Assembly (NCBI GenBank): GCA_035708025.1
Contig: DASSTH010000303.1
Span: 1 to 54,995 of the forward strand
Source: Nakamurella sp.
Lineage (GTDB): Bacteria > Actinomycetota > Actinomycetes > Mycobacteriales > Nakamurellaceae
Direction: 5' to 3'
Length of the DNA stretch: 54,995 nucleotides
In this document: in pieces, positions 27,579 through 36,727 of the stretch
How the letters are laid out: every line of letters begins with the position of its first letter
How positions within the stretch are numbered: the stretch's first letter is position 1
Position numbers and translations under genes: made by a program
Notes under the pieces: model-generated
What the model saw: only the letters and a program-made list of their open reading frames with translations
The model's database searches: none
Told to the model about the DNA's origin: nothing

Positions 27579-28484
27579 TCACGCGAACGGGTATGTGGGC
27601 AATGGCGGCGGTGGCGGGTAATACTCGGGGTCATAGCTGAGCTCGTTGTGTACCGCGACGACGCCCGTGACGCCACGGATCGCGGTGAGCAGTGGTTCGA
27701 GCACCAGTTTGCTTTCCAGCCGGCCGCGCAGCGTGACTATACCGTCCGCCACATCGACGGTGACGGAGGTCGGATCCAGTACGAACTGGCGGGCGAGCAC
27801 GACGTCGGTGAGGTAGGACTGGAGTTCTTCGTCGCGGTTGAGGAACACCTGCAGCAGGTCCGATCTGGTGACGATGCCAATGATTTTGCCCTGCGCGTCG
27901 ATGACGGGAAGCCGACGAACGTGCGCGCGGGCAGCCAGGCGGGCCGCCTCGACGACGGGAGTGTGCGCGGAAACGGTGACGGCGGGCGCGCTCATCAGGT
28001 CACCGGCCGTCTCTCCGCCGGCCTTGCGCTGGAGGTGGCGCCGTTCGGTGTATCGGCCGCCGATCTTCGCCTCCGGCTCACCGCCGGCAGCCACCTTCGC
28101 CAACAAATCGGATTCGGACACCACTCCGACCACCCGCCCGGATTCGTCCACCACGGGCACCGCGCTCACCCGGTTGGCCGTCAAGGTGCCGGCGATCTGC
28201 TTGAATGGCGCATTCTCATCCACGGTGATGACCTGACTGGTCATCACGCCGCTAACAGGCGTGGTCCTCCACGGCGCGGACGGCGGCGCCGACCGCTGGG
28301 GAGATGCCTGCGGCACGCGGGATGTCAGGGGCTGGCCGGTGGACGGGGCAGCTGCCGGTGGCTCGGCAACGGCCGCCAGGTAGCGCTCCCGTGCCCGGGA
28401 AGCGATTTCATCGCCCACCCCGGTGTGCTGCGGTGCATCGGTGGTCGTCCCCGGTTGCGTCGTCGGGCTGCCGCTCTCGGTCAT
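27579..28484 (-). CDS. CBS-pair + BON domain protein
   Basis: VSGVMTSQV...VSAVPVVD...GVVSESDLL; RRLPVID...GIVTRSDLL; VDVADGIVTLRG...GVVAVHNEL. Confidence 0.9.
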   Translation of the reverse strand: MTESGSPTTQPGTTTDAPQHTGVGDEIASRARERYLAAVAEPPAAAPSTGQPLTSRVPQASPQRSAPPSAPWRTTPVSGVMTSQVITVDENAPFKQIAGTLTANRVSAVPVVDESGRVVGVVSESDLLAKVAAGGEPEAKIGGRYTERRHLQRKAGGETAGDLMSAPAVTVSAHTPVVEAARLAARAHVRRLPVIDAQGKIIGIVTRSDLLQVFLNRDEELQSYLTDVVLARQFVLDPTSVTVDVADGIVTLRGRLESKLVLEPLLTAIRGVTGVVAVHNELSYDPEYYPPPPPLPTYPFA

Positions 28485-28565
28485 GGTCCGTTATCCCTTC
28501 CTCGCGCACTGTTTCGATCGTCGACCCGCGCGGCACGCCGGCACAGCGTCGCAGGTCCCGAACAA

Positions 28566-28583
28566 CCGGGACCTTGGACCCTC
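28566..28583. promoter_or_regulatory. DosR-box-like palindrome between divergent CBS and Hsp20 genes
   Basis: CCGGGACCTTGGACCCTC. Confidence 0.65.
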
Positions 28584-28680
28584 GCGAGCGATCAGTCGCG
28601 GCGGCAATCTGAAGAGAACGCGGTGTGCCCGCATGGCACCGCGGACGCTCGGTGAGCGCGTCGCAGAACGGGAGAGGACC

Positions 28681-29121
28681 ATGACCACGATCAACGATCG
28701 ACCCGGCACCGCAGAGGACACTCGGTGGAACCTCTGGCCGGACTGGCTCGGCTGGAACCCCAAGCTCGCACAGTTGCTGGACCGGCCGTGGCGGCACGCC
28801 GAGATCTACACGCCCGGGGATCACGTCGCGGAGTCCGACAACGGATTCACCGTCGAATTGGACCTGCCCGGCGTCACCAAGGAGGACATCACCCTGGAGG
28901 TGTCCGGCCGCCGCCTTTCGGTGCATGGGCAGCGAGCCTCCGGAGACAGTTCCGGGGTGCTGCGACAGTCCACTCGGATGGTGGGCAGCTTCTCCTATGA
29001 GTTGATCCTGCCGGCGGCGGTCGAGGAGTCCAAGGTCTCGGCTCGGCTGGCCGACGGCGTACTCACTGTGTCGCTGCCAAAGTCACAAGGCGCCAAGACC
29101 ACCCACATTCCGATCGGTTGA
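28681..29121 (+). CDS. Hsp20/alpha-crystallin small heat-shock protein (HspX-like)
   Basis: VELDLPGV.KEDI, GSFSYELILP, ARLADGVLTVSLPK. Confidence 0.92.
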   Translation: MTTINDRPGTAEDTRWNLWPDWLGWNPKLAQLLDRPWRHAEIYTPGDHVAESDNGFTVELDLPGVTKEDITLEVSGRRLSVHGQRASGDSSGVLRQSTRMVGSFSYELILPAAVEESKVSARLADGVLTVSLPKSQGAKTTHIPIG

Positions 29122-29198
29122 GCGGGTGCCGTTCGCCATGGCGGCCGCGGCGTGGAAACCGCGCCGCCGGCCGGCCGCATTCCTCCCAAGGAGTTGAC

Positions 29199-29456
29199 AT
29201 GATCGCTCAGCCCGGAGACTGGCTGGTCGTCGCCGGCCGGACAGACCACGACAGCGGCCGCCGTGGCGAGATCCTCTCCGCACGCTCGGCCTCGGGAGAG
29301 CCTCCGTACACGGTCCGCTGGCTGGATACCGGCCGCACCGCATTGGTGTTCCCCGGTCCGGACGCCGTGATCATGAGCGCGGCCGAACTGGCGGAATTGG
29401 ACCGCAGAGCCGCCGAGCGTTTCGACCTGCGCAGAGGGCAACAGCACGTCGGATGA
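29199..29456 (+). CDS. DUF1918 protein (Rv0569-like)
   Basis: AQPGDWLVV...GEIL...GEPPYTVRW...LVFPGPDAVI; AAGGAG RBS. Confidence 0.9.
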   Translation: MIAQPGDWLVVAGRTDHDSGRRGEILSARSASGEPPYTVRWLDTGRTALVFPGPDAVIMSAAELAELDRRAAERFDLRRGQQHVG

Positions 29457-29613
29457 CGGCCCATCGAGCGCAGGCCGGGCGATCGGACGCGCGGCGGTGC
29501 GAGCGGCTCGGACATCCGGGCGGCCACCCCATCGATCGATGAGGCTGGGTAACAGATGGCCGCGACGCGGCACTGTGGTGCGTGACCGCGAAGGTTTCGC
29601 TACGGTATAGGGC

Positions 29614-31374
29614 GTGGCCGGTTCGGACACACCCGGAAGCGAAGATTCCGCCGGAATTACCCCTTTCCCTGGGCTTTTCCGAGCGGAAGGACGCGAGGCA
29701 GGGCGCGCCCTGGACGAATTGCGCAGCCGCGTCCGTGATTCGCTCGTGGCGCAAGAACGACTGCAAGGGCTGCTCGCTGCGATCGATGTGATCATCGGCG
29801 ACCTGGATCTGACCACGGTGCTGCGGCGCGTCGTGCAATCGGCCTGCCACATGCTGCAGGCCGAGTACGGTGCGCTCGGGGTGATCGGCCCCACGGGCGG
29901 CCTGGAGCATTTCGTGCATCGGGGGATGAATGCGGAAACCGTGGCTGCCATCGGGCGGCTTCCCCGGGGCAAGGGCCTGCTCGGGGCGCTCATCGACGAT
30001 CCCACCCCCATCCGACTCCGCCGCCTCGCCGACGATCCACGCTCAGTCGGCTTTCCACGGCACCACCCGCCGATGGGAGCGTTCCTTGGTGTACCGGTGC
30101 GGGTCCGGGGCGAAGTGTTCGGCAACCTGTACCTGACCAATCCGCCGGCGGGCGAGTTCACCGAGGAGGACCAGGAGCTCCTGACCGCGCTGGCAGCGAC
30201 CGCAGGCATGGCGATCGAGAACGCCCGCTTGTTCGCGCAGGCACACCGTCGGCAGGAGTGGTTGGCCACCTCGACGGAGATCACCCGACAGCTGCTGACG
30301 ACCACTGGCCGGGAGTCGCTGCAACTGATCGCCGACAGCGTGCGCCGACTGGCGGAGGCGGATGTCACCACGGTGGTGTTGCCCTCCCCGGACTCTGGCG
30401 AGGTCGTGGTGGAGGTGGCGTCCGGTAGAGGAGCCGATGCGCTGACCGGCTTCCGGTACCCGGTGGAGAACACCCTCGCCGGTATCGCATTCACCACCGG
30501 TCAACCGGTTCTGATCGGCGATGCCATGCAGTCGGGATACGTGGTGCATCTGCAACAGGCGTTTCCGGTCGGCCCGGTGATGGTGCTTCCGCTCGCCGGC
30601 GAGGATGGGACGCGGGGGGCACTGATCGTGGGCCGGGTCAAGGATGCGCCCCGGTTCGACGACGCCCTGTTGGACATGGCCACCACGTTCGCCAACCACG
30701 CCGCCCTGGCCCTGGAGTTGGCCGATGCCCGGGCCACCCGGGAGCGGGCGCTCATGCTGGACGACCGAGACCGCATTGCGGGAGATCTCCAGGATCGGGT
30801 CATCCAGCGGCTGTTCGGCGCTGGACTGATCCTGGAAGCCGAGGCGTCCAGCACGACGTCGAGCCGACAATCGGCTCGGCTCGATCAAGCAGTCGGAGAA
30901 CTGGACGAGATCATCCGGGAGATCCGCCAGTCCGTCTTCCAGCTGCGCGACGTGACCGCCCCCAGAGCTGTGAACCTGCGCGGGCGACTGCTCGGCGTCG
31001 CCCGGGAAATGGTTCCATTATTGGGATTCGAACCCAAAGTTGGGCTTACTGGTGCCATTGACGCTGCCATGCCCGATGGCGCCGCGGACGATGTGATTGC
31101 CGTCGTCAGGGAGGCGCTCAGTAATGCCGCCCGGCACGCCCACGCCACTCGCGTCTCCTTGCAGGTCACCGCCGAGCACGGCGCGCTCACCGTGACGGTC
31201 AGCGACGACGGAGTCGGGGTGCGCAATCCAACGAGAAGCAGCGGGCTGGCGAACCTGGCCCACCGGGCGGAGCGGCATGGCGGGCGATTCGTTGTGTCCC
31301 AGTGGGCAGCGGCGAGGACAAGGGCCACCGGTCATCCGGGTACGCAACTACGCTGGACGATACCGTTGAGATGA
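29614..31374 (+). CDS. DosS/DosT(DevS)-like GAF-GAF HisKA_3 sensor with degenerate H-box (His to Gln)
   Basis: YGALGV, VGFPRHHPPM, FLGVP, FGNLYL in GAF-A; DRDRIAGDLQDRVIQRLF instead of RIARDLHDHVIQRLF; EALSNAARHA, DDGVG, SGLANL. Confidence 0.9.
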   Translation: MAGSDTPGSEDSAGITPFPGLFRAEGREAGRALDELRSRVRDSLVAQERLQGLLAAIDVIIGDLDLTTVLRRVVQSACHMLQAEYGALGVIGPTGGLEHFVHRGMNAETVAAIGRLPRGKGLLGALIDDPTPIRLRRLADDPRSVGFPRHHPPMGAFLGVPVRVRGEVFGNLYLTNPPAGEFTEEDQELLTALAATAGMAIENARLFAQAHRRQEWLATSTEITRQLLTTTGRESLQLIADSVRRLAEADVTTVVLPSPDSGEVVVEVASGRGADALTGFRYPVENTLAGIAFTTGQPVLIGDAMQSGYVVHLQQAFPVGPVMVLPLAGEDGTRGALIVGRVKDAPRFDDALLDMATTFANHAALALELADARATRERALMLDDRDRIAGDLQDRVIQRLFGAGLILEAEASSTTSSRQSARLDQAVGELDEIIREIRQSVFQLRDVTAPRAVNLRGRLLGVAREMVPLLGFEPKVGLTGAIDAAMPDGAADDVIAVVREALSNAARHAHATRVSLQVTAEHGALTVTVSDDGVGVRNPTRSSGLANLAHRAERHGGRFVVSQWAAARTRATGHPGTQLRWTIPLR

Positions 31375-31407
31375 TGTGTGATTCGAGGCCGGCCGGGAGC
31401 GGCCACG

Positions 31408-31827
31408 TCACCGACCGGGCTCGCCGGGCCCGGTCGGCTCGATATCCGGCTTGCTGGGGGTCCTTGGCTGCCAATGGTATGGATGGCGAGCCTTCCGCAC
31501 CGGCTTGTTTGATCCGCTGACCGCTGAACTCCGCCGGCTCACGGCAGCACTCGAACTTGCCGGTCCGCCGAACGACACCAACAGGCCGAAGACGAATCCG
31601 AAGTCGTACCAATTGCCGTTGTTGCGCACCTCGTACATGTTCACCTGGTCGGTGAACAGCGAGATCACGAACGTGACTGGTGCGATGAGGCCGTGCCACA
31701 GACCGAGCCAGAAGCCAGCACTGGGTGCGCTCTGCGTTGCGCCGGGATTCGCGCCGGCCGCGCACGCCGTCAGCAGCGCGAGGACAAGCACCATGACCAC
31801 AATCAACCGGCCGTGTGATGTGGTCAT
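31408..31827 (-). CDS. Small membrane lipoprotein of unknown function
   Basis: Lipobox LTAC; AGFWLGLWHGLIAP...MYEVRNNGNWYDFGF; GGAGG RBS. Confidence 0.75.
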   Translation of the reverse strand: MTTSHGRLIVVMVLVLALLTACAAGANPGATQSAPSAGFWLGLWHGLIAPVTFVISLFTDQVNMYEVRNNGNWYDFGFVFGLLVSFGGPASSSAAVSRRSSAVSGSNKPVRKARHPYHWQPRTPSKPDIEPTGPGEPGR

Positions 31828-31858
31828 GTCGCCTCCATCGGTTCGCCAACGTGCGTCG

Positions 31859-32410
31859 TCATGTCTTGGGTGTGGCCCGGGTCCCCCGCGCCCATCGTTC
31901 GTGGGACCGCCCGGCGCCGATCTCCCCGGTGGTGCGCGAACGGCGACCCTGATGGGACGCATGGTGTATGCGCCCGAGCGAGATTGCCGCGACGGCCAGG
32001 CCCGCCGTCCCGAGAACCGCCTGCAGTGGTTGCCATCCGATCAGCTGCATCTGGGCCAGCTCGAACGCGACCAGTCCCAGTCCGGCCGCGGCACTGAGCC
32101 CGGCGGCGAGTCGCCTGCCGAGCCACTCCGCGGTGCCCGTCACCAGGAATCCACCGCCGACCAGAATGGCCAGCAGCGCCCCGGGTGAGCGCCAGTCCGA
32201 GAACGGGGTGCCGCGGAGCACTGCCGGGTCGGCGGCCAACAGCGTCCCGTCGGGCCGGACCGCAAGCAGCACCCCGCCTATCACGGCGGCGCCCCCGATG
32301 ACCAGTTCGGTCACCGCGACCACCCTCGCGATCCGGCGGCCGCGTCGATGCGCGGTCACGCCGGCACGCCGCGACGCCGCGTGCACACCGTCCGGGATTC
32401 TGGTTGTCAT
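31859..32410 (-). CDS. Hypothetical four-TM membrane protein
   Basis: GGAAVIGG...PDG...LRGTPFSDWRSPGALL with hydrophobic helices. Confidence 0.7.
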   Translation of the reverse strand: MTTRIPDGVHAASRRAGVTAHRRGRRIARVVAVTELVIGGAAVIGGVLLAVRPDGTLLAADPAVLRGTPFSDWRSPGALLAILVGGGFLVTGTAEWLGRRLAAGLSAAAGLGLVAFELAQMQLIGWQPLQAVLGTAGLAVAAISLGRIHHASHQGRRSRTTGEIGAGRSHERWARGTRATPKT

Positions 32411-32443
32411 CGTGTCAGCATGCAGCGGCGGTGACGATCGACC

Positions 32444-32483
32444 CAGGCGCGAAGGTCCTCGCATCCGAGGGACCATCGTCATC
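32444..32483. promoter_or_regulatory. Pair of DosR-box-like sites
   Basis: CAGGCGCGAAGGTCCTC and GAGGGACCATCGTCATC, about 23 bp apart, upstream of 32410. Confidence 0.45.
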
Positions 32484-32503
32484 ATCCGCAGGCGACCGGC
32501 TGC

Positions 32504-33574
32504 TCAGCCCGCAGCCGGTCTGCCTTTCCGGTGACGTCGCCGCGCGACCAGCACGGCGAGCACGACCAGCAGCCCACCCGCGCCCAGCAGCACCGCCGCG
32601 ACGGCGATGGTCGAGGAGAAGTAGTGGGTGACGAGCAACGGCAGAACGATCAGCGTGCCCACGGATCCGACCGAGAGCACGGCCAAGTCGCCCACTGTCA
32701 TGGCGAGGGCCAGCACCAGGGCGATCACCAGTGCTCCTAGCCACGGCTGTTCCTGCTGACCGGCGAGCACGACGGCGCCCACGGATGCTCCGGCCGCCGC
32801 CTGCACCCGACCCAGTCGTCGGTGCCATGGATCAGGATCACCCGGCCCGGACGCTGCAGCGGAATCGGACCGCACTGGGGTGATGCCAGGCAGCAGCCGC
32901 AGCTGAGCGAGCACCGCCCACAGCGCGCCGGCCACGGCCATCGCCGCCCCGACCACCTGACCGGTCTGATGTGATACCTGCACAGCGATGCCGACGGCGA
33001 AGAACTCGGCCGCCACGAACGCGGCGAGATGCTGGGCGGTCGACCCATGCACCAGCCAGAGGGTGACGGCATAGATGAGCGTTCCCGCACTGACCACCAG
33101 CACCGACCGCTGCGCTGCCAGGTCCGCGCCATCCACCACCAGGGCCAGCAGCCCGGTGAGGCCCGCGGTGGACAGCAGCCACAGCACGCCCCGAAGTCGC
33201 GGGGCGAACGTCCCGAGCCGTTGCGGCAGCAACGATCCGGCCAACAGCAACGCCAACGTGCCGCCGGCCGCCAGACCGATCCGGGTCGTGGCGGACAGCG
33301 CGTGCCAGTAGCCCGCAACTGCCAGTACCAGCGCGGTGAGAATGACGACTCCGCCGAGGTAGGCGAGCCCCTCCACCACCAGCGGTCGTCGGACCGGGGC
33401 CGCCGGTGGGCTGGTCGACTCCGCCGCCGGCGCGGTCGCCGCCTGCCGTTCGCTTTCCCAGTCCCGGATGCGGTCGGCCTGGGCGGTGGACAGCAGGCCG
33501 GCACTGGTCCAGCGAGCAAGCTGCAACTCAAGCTCCGTGCGGAGCCGGGCGGCGGTATCCATGTCGGCCATCAT
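32504..33574 (-). CDS. DUF2157-like polytopic membrane protein
   Basis: LARWTSAGLLSTAQADRI...EGLAYLGG N-terminus followed by about 10 hydrophobic helices. Confidence 0.8.
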   Translation of the reverse strand: MMADMDTAARLRTELELQLARWTSAGLLSTAQADRIRDWESERQAATAPAAESTSPPAAPVRRPLVVEGLAYLGGVVILTALVLAVAGYWHALSATTRIGLAAGGTLALLLAGSLLPQRLGTFAPRLRGVLWLLSTAGLTGLLALVVDGADLAAQRSVLVVSAGTLIYAVTLWLVHGSTAQHLAAFVAAEFFAVGIAVQVSHQTGQVVGAAMAVAGALWAVLAQLRLLPGITPVRSDSAAASGPGDPDPWHRRLGRVQAAAGASVGAVVLAGQQEQPWLGALVIALVLALAMTVGDLAVLSVGSVGTLIVLPLLVTHYFSSTIAVAAVLLGAGGLLVVLAVLVARRRHRKGRPAAG

Positions 33575-33596
33575 GACCGGTCGCCGGCGCCCCGGA

Positions 33597-33613
33597 CAGG
33601 GGCGAAAGTCCAC
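33597..33613. promoter_or_regulatory. DosR-box-like palindrome upstream of the DUF2157 gene
   Basis: CAGGGGCGAAAGTCCAC. Confidence 0.5.
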
Positions 33614-33637
33614 ACCCCTGGTGTGGTGTTGCGAACG

Positions 33638-34663
33638 CTATGGCGCGCGCTCGGACACCCGATCACTCCCGTGATCGGCTTCGGGTTCGCCGAGCAGGCA
33701 GTCCTCCACAGCGCGGCGCGGGACCGGTGGTACCGGGGAGCCGTAGCCGATGCGAAGAACCGCCTGCGGGAACAATCCACCGCCGAGCAACCGGCGGACC
33801 TCGGTTCGCGCCTCGGCGACCTCGACGAGCTGGGACAGGAACGAGGCCGACAGGCCGAGCGTGGTGGCGGACAACAGCACTCGCTGCAGTGCCTGTCCGG
33901 CCTGCACCTGCGCGAACGGGTCGTCGAAATAACTGGTCACCACGGCGATCAGCGGTTCGGACTCGAAGTCCTTGCCGGGCCGCCGGACCGGCGCGTGGCC
34001 CCGGCCGAAGTCCCGCAGCACCCAGATGTCCTGCGGCTCGGGCACCGGGCCGCTCGATGCCAGCGTGACCCCCTCCCGGTCGGCGGGCGACCGGGAGATC
34101 CACTCGGTGAACTCCTCCACCCAGCGCGGATTTCCGAGCTGGGTCCGGTGCGCCTCGAGTAGCAGGCGATGCAGATCGGCCTGGCTGTGCCTGTCCCCGA
34201 TCACCTTCAGCCAGCAGTGCTCGGCCTCCGCTGCCCTGACCAGCGCGTGGCGCTCGCTCGCCGCGACCGGCTGGTCCAGGAACGGCCGGCGATTGGTGCG
34301 CCGGTGACGGATGGCCCGGTAGAGCGCCTCATCCTCGGCTCCGATGCGCGTCGGGCCACCGCTGCGGATGACGGCTATCCCGTTCCCCTGTGGTTCCGGA
34401 TGGATCGCCACCTGCGGGTCCACGCCTCGATGGAGCAGGCCGAGCCGGATGTTGAACAACGCCGCACCGCAGGCGAGCCGGAGCTCACGGTCATCGGGGT
34501 CGGTGATCGGCAAACGGCGTGCCGTGTCGGCGAGCAACTCGATGCGGTGGGCCTCGATGCGAAACCGCCACGGTTGACTGTTGTGAACCGAGGGTGCGAG
34601 CCCGGCCTCTGCCAGCACCGCCCGAGTGTCCTCGGCGGACAGCCCCAACGCTCCGGTGATCAT
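33638..34663 (-). CDS. Acg-family FMN-binding nitroreductase-like protein (Rv2032/Rv3131-like)
   Basis: APSVHNSQPWRF, DPDDRE...ACGAAL, RRTNRRPF, AGQALQRVLL, PQAVLRIGYG; AGGAG RBS. Confidence 0.92.
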   Translation of the reverse strand: MITGALGLSAEDTRAVLAEAGLAPSVHNSQPWRFRIEAHRIELLADTARRLPITDPDDRELRLACGAALFNIRLGLLHRGVDPQVAIHPEPQGNGIAVIRSGGPTRIGAEDEALYRAIRHRRTNRRPFLDQPVAASERHALVRAAEAEHCWLKVIGDRHSQADLHRLLLEAHRTQLGNPRWVEEFTEWISRSPADREGVTLASSGPVPEPQDIWVLRDFGRGHAPVRRPGKDFESEPLIAVVTSYFDDPFAQVQAGQALQRVLLSATTLGLSASFLSQLVEVAEARTEVRRLLGGGLFPQAVLRIGYGSPVPPVPRRAVEDCLLGEPEADHGSDRVSERAP

Positions 34664-34731
34664 CTGACCGCTCCTGTGTCCGATGGACCTGGCCCTGTTC
34701 CCACTGTGCGCCACCGACCCGGGTCCCGGAC

Positions 34732-34747
34732 ATGGCCCAAAGTCACT
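34732..34747. promoter_or_regulatory. DosR-box-like site upstream of the Acg gene
   Basis: ATGGCCCAAAGTCACT (reverse complement AGTGACTTTGGGCCAT). Confidence 0.4.
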
Positions 34748-34810
34748 GGTCGAGTCATGGACATCCACGGCGTAGCCTGCCGGCGAAGAACCGACCGGAA
34801 CGGCGCCACC

Positions 34811-34843
34811 CACCGCGGCACGCCCGGATGCCGTGCCGCGGTG
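34811..34843 (-). terminator. Hairpin downstream of the second ADH gene
   Basis: Perfect 12-bp inverted repeat CACCGCGGCACG-9nt-CGTGCCGCGGTG. Confidence 0.55.
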
Positions 34844-34865
34844 AGTGGGGACTGCCGGTGCCTGG

Positions 34866-35906
34866 TCAGGTCCGGAACAGCGCCACCTTCAGTGCGGAGG
34901 TCTCCGCGGCGTTGGCGAAGACGTCGTAGGCGTCCATCATCTCGCCCAGGCCGAAACGGTGCGTGACGAACTCGGTGGTGGACAGCTGACCGGCGGCGAG
35001 CATCGACAACAGGGTCGGCGTGGAGGAGGTGTCGACCAGTCCGGTGGTGATGGTGACGTTCCGAATCCACAGCGACTCCAGGTGCAGGCTGACCGGCGAC
35101 CCGTGGACGCCGACGTTCGCCAGATGGCCGCCGGGCCGGATCAGCCGGCTGCACAGGTCGAAGGTGTCCGGCACGCCGACCGCCTCGATCGCTGTATCGG
35201 CGCCCAGTCCGGAGGTCAGGTCGCGCACCACGTCGACGGCGTTCTCGCCCGGTCCGACCACCACGTCGGCCCCGAACTCGAGCGCCGCGTCCAGCCGCGA
35301 TTTGGCGAGGTCGATGGCCACGATGCGGGCGGGGCTGAACAGCCGGGCGGTCTTGATCGCGGCCAGCCCGATCGGACCCGCGCCGACCACGGCCACCGTG
35401 TCGCCGGGCTGCACCCGGCCGTTCAGCACGCCGACCTCGAAGCCGGTGGGGAGGATGTCCGACAGCATCAGCGCCGACTCGTCGTCGACCTGCGGCGGAA
35501 GGGGATACAGCGACCTTTCGGCGAACGGGGTACGGACCAGCTCGGCCTGCGTGCCATCGATCAGATGGCCCAGCACCCAGCCGCCGCCTCCCAGGCACTG
35601 GCCGTAGCTGCCGGACCGGCAGTAGCGGCACCGCCCGCAGGCGGAGATGCAGGAGACCAGCACGCGGTCGCCCGGGCGGATGGTCCGGACAGCCGAACCG
35701 ACCTCGGTCACCACACCCACTGCTTCGTGCCCGAGGATCCGGCCCGGGGTCACCTCAGGCACGTCGCCCTTGAGGATGTGCAGATCGGTCCCGCAGATCG
35801 TGGTCGCGGACACCCGGACGATGGCATCCTCCGGTTCGAGTATCCGGGGCTCGGGAGCCTCGTCCCACATGCGGCGGCCCGGACCGTGGTAGACCAGTGC
35901 TTTCAT
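34866..35906 (-). CDS. Zinc-dependent alcohol dehydrogenase (formaldehyde-dehydrogenase-like MDR family)
   Basis: MKALVYHGPG, ICGTDLHI, GHEAVG, CGRCRYC-x7-C, SDILPTG, GAGPIG. Confidence 0.93.
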   Translation of the reverse strand: MKALVYHGPGRRMWDEAPEPRILEPEDAIVRVSATTICGTDLHILKGDVPEVTPGRILGHEAVGVVTEVGSAVRTIRPGDRVLVSCISACGRCRYCRSGSYGQCLGGGGWVLGHLIDGTQAELVRTPFAERSLYPLPPQVDDESALMLSDILPTGFEVGVLNGRVQPGDTVAVVGAGPIGLAAIKTARLFSPARIVAIDLAKSRLDAALEFGADVVVGPGENAVDVVRDLTSGLGADTAIEAVGVPDTFDLCSRLIRPGGHLANVGVHGSPVSLHLESLWIRNVTITTGLVDTSSTPTLLSMLAAGQLSTTEFVTHRFGLGEMMDAYDVFANAAETSALKVALFRT

Positions 35907-36015
35907 CGCGGATCCCTTCCGTGGCAAGACATCCCGCCGGACGGGCGGGATGCGTGATCACGTCCAGACTGGTGCAACCCCTGCCATGGCGGAACGGCCT
36001 TGGGGCCCGTCCGCC

Positions 36016-36033
36016 TAGGGCCCTAGGGCCCGA
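36016..36033. promoter_or_regulatory. DosR-box-like palindrome upstream of the second ADH gene
   Basis: TAGGGCCCTAGGGCCCGA. Confidence 0.4.
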
Positions 36034-36039
36034 ACCGTG

Positions 36040-36504
36040 CTACATGTACGCGGCGGTGCCCAGCCGCCACTCGCTGTCCGCGCCGGGCGTGATCCGCCGT
36101 CCCGATACGTCCGACGGGGTGATCCGTATCCACAGCGGGCGTTCACCGGGGGCCCAGGGAGCGACCCCGGTGGCCCGGGTCCGGCTGATGAGATCGTCCG
36201 CGTCCTCGATGCTCACCGACCGGCCGTGCCCGCGGAGCAGGACGCTCCATCCGGACCGGTCGGCGTCGTCGAACTGATCGATCTGGAAGGTGACGGCGGC
36301 GCCGTCAGCGTGCGCCACGACGGTGCCGGGTGCCGTGCGCACCACGACGGTCTCGCCGTCCAAGGCGTAGTTGACCGGAATGATCAGGGGGTACTGCTGG
36401 ACCACGACGCCGATCCGGCCGACCGAGCGTGACGACAGGATCTGCCAGCACTCCGCTCGGGTCAGCGCGCTGATCTCCGAAGAGTTCCGCTCGGTGCTCA
36501 TCAC
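36040..36504 (-). CDS. Pyridoxamine 5'-phosphate oxidase-family flavin-binding protein (Rv0080-like)
   Basis: LTRAECWQIL...VGRIG...IIPVNY...VRT...GWSVLLRG...VSGRRI; GGAGG RBS. Confidence 0.88.
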   Translation of the reverse strand: MMSTERNSSEISALTRAECWQILSSRSVGRIGVVVQQYPLIIPVNYALDGETVVVRTAPGTVVAHADGAAVTFQIDQFDDADRSGWSVLLRGHGRSVSIEDADDLISRTRATGVAPWAPGERPLWIRITPSDVSGRRITPGADSEWRLGTAAYM

Positions 36505-36649
36505 ACCTCCACCGTCGTCGGCCGCTCTGTGATGCCGGGTGGACCCGGCACCACCGCGGGAGCAGTGTCATCGTACGGCCCCATTCGGGTGCGAGTCACC
36601 CGGCGGACGCCGGGACTTCAACCGACCGTACCGGTGCGTCGTTGCCAGA

Positions 36650-36667
36650 CAGGGACTTTCGACCCTG
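36650..36667. promoter_or_regulatory. Strong DosR-box-like palindrome
   Basis: CAGGGACTTTCGACCCTG between divergent genes. Confidence 0.7.
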
Positions 36668-36727
36668 GTGTGACCGGCGCGAGGTGGACACCATCCGTCC
36701 TGGGGGTCGAGGTGGTGGAGTGGATCG

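Noticed and set aside
29614-31374. Calling the sensor a pseudogene
   Set aside because: Full-length frame with intact heme, DxxxQ and ATP-binding motifs; kept as CDS, although early decay cannot be excluded
35930-35952. 9-bp hairpin before the ADH RBS (and an 8-bp one at 36533-36550) as riboswitch or attenuator
   Set aside because: No recognisable aptamer or leader peptide; short GC hairpins are common by chance
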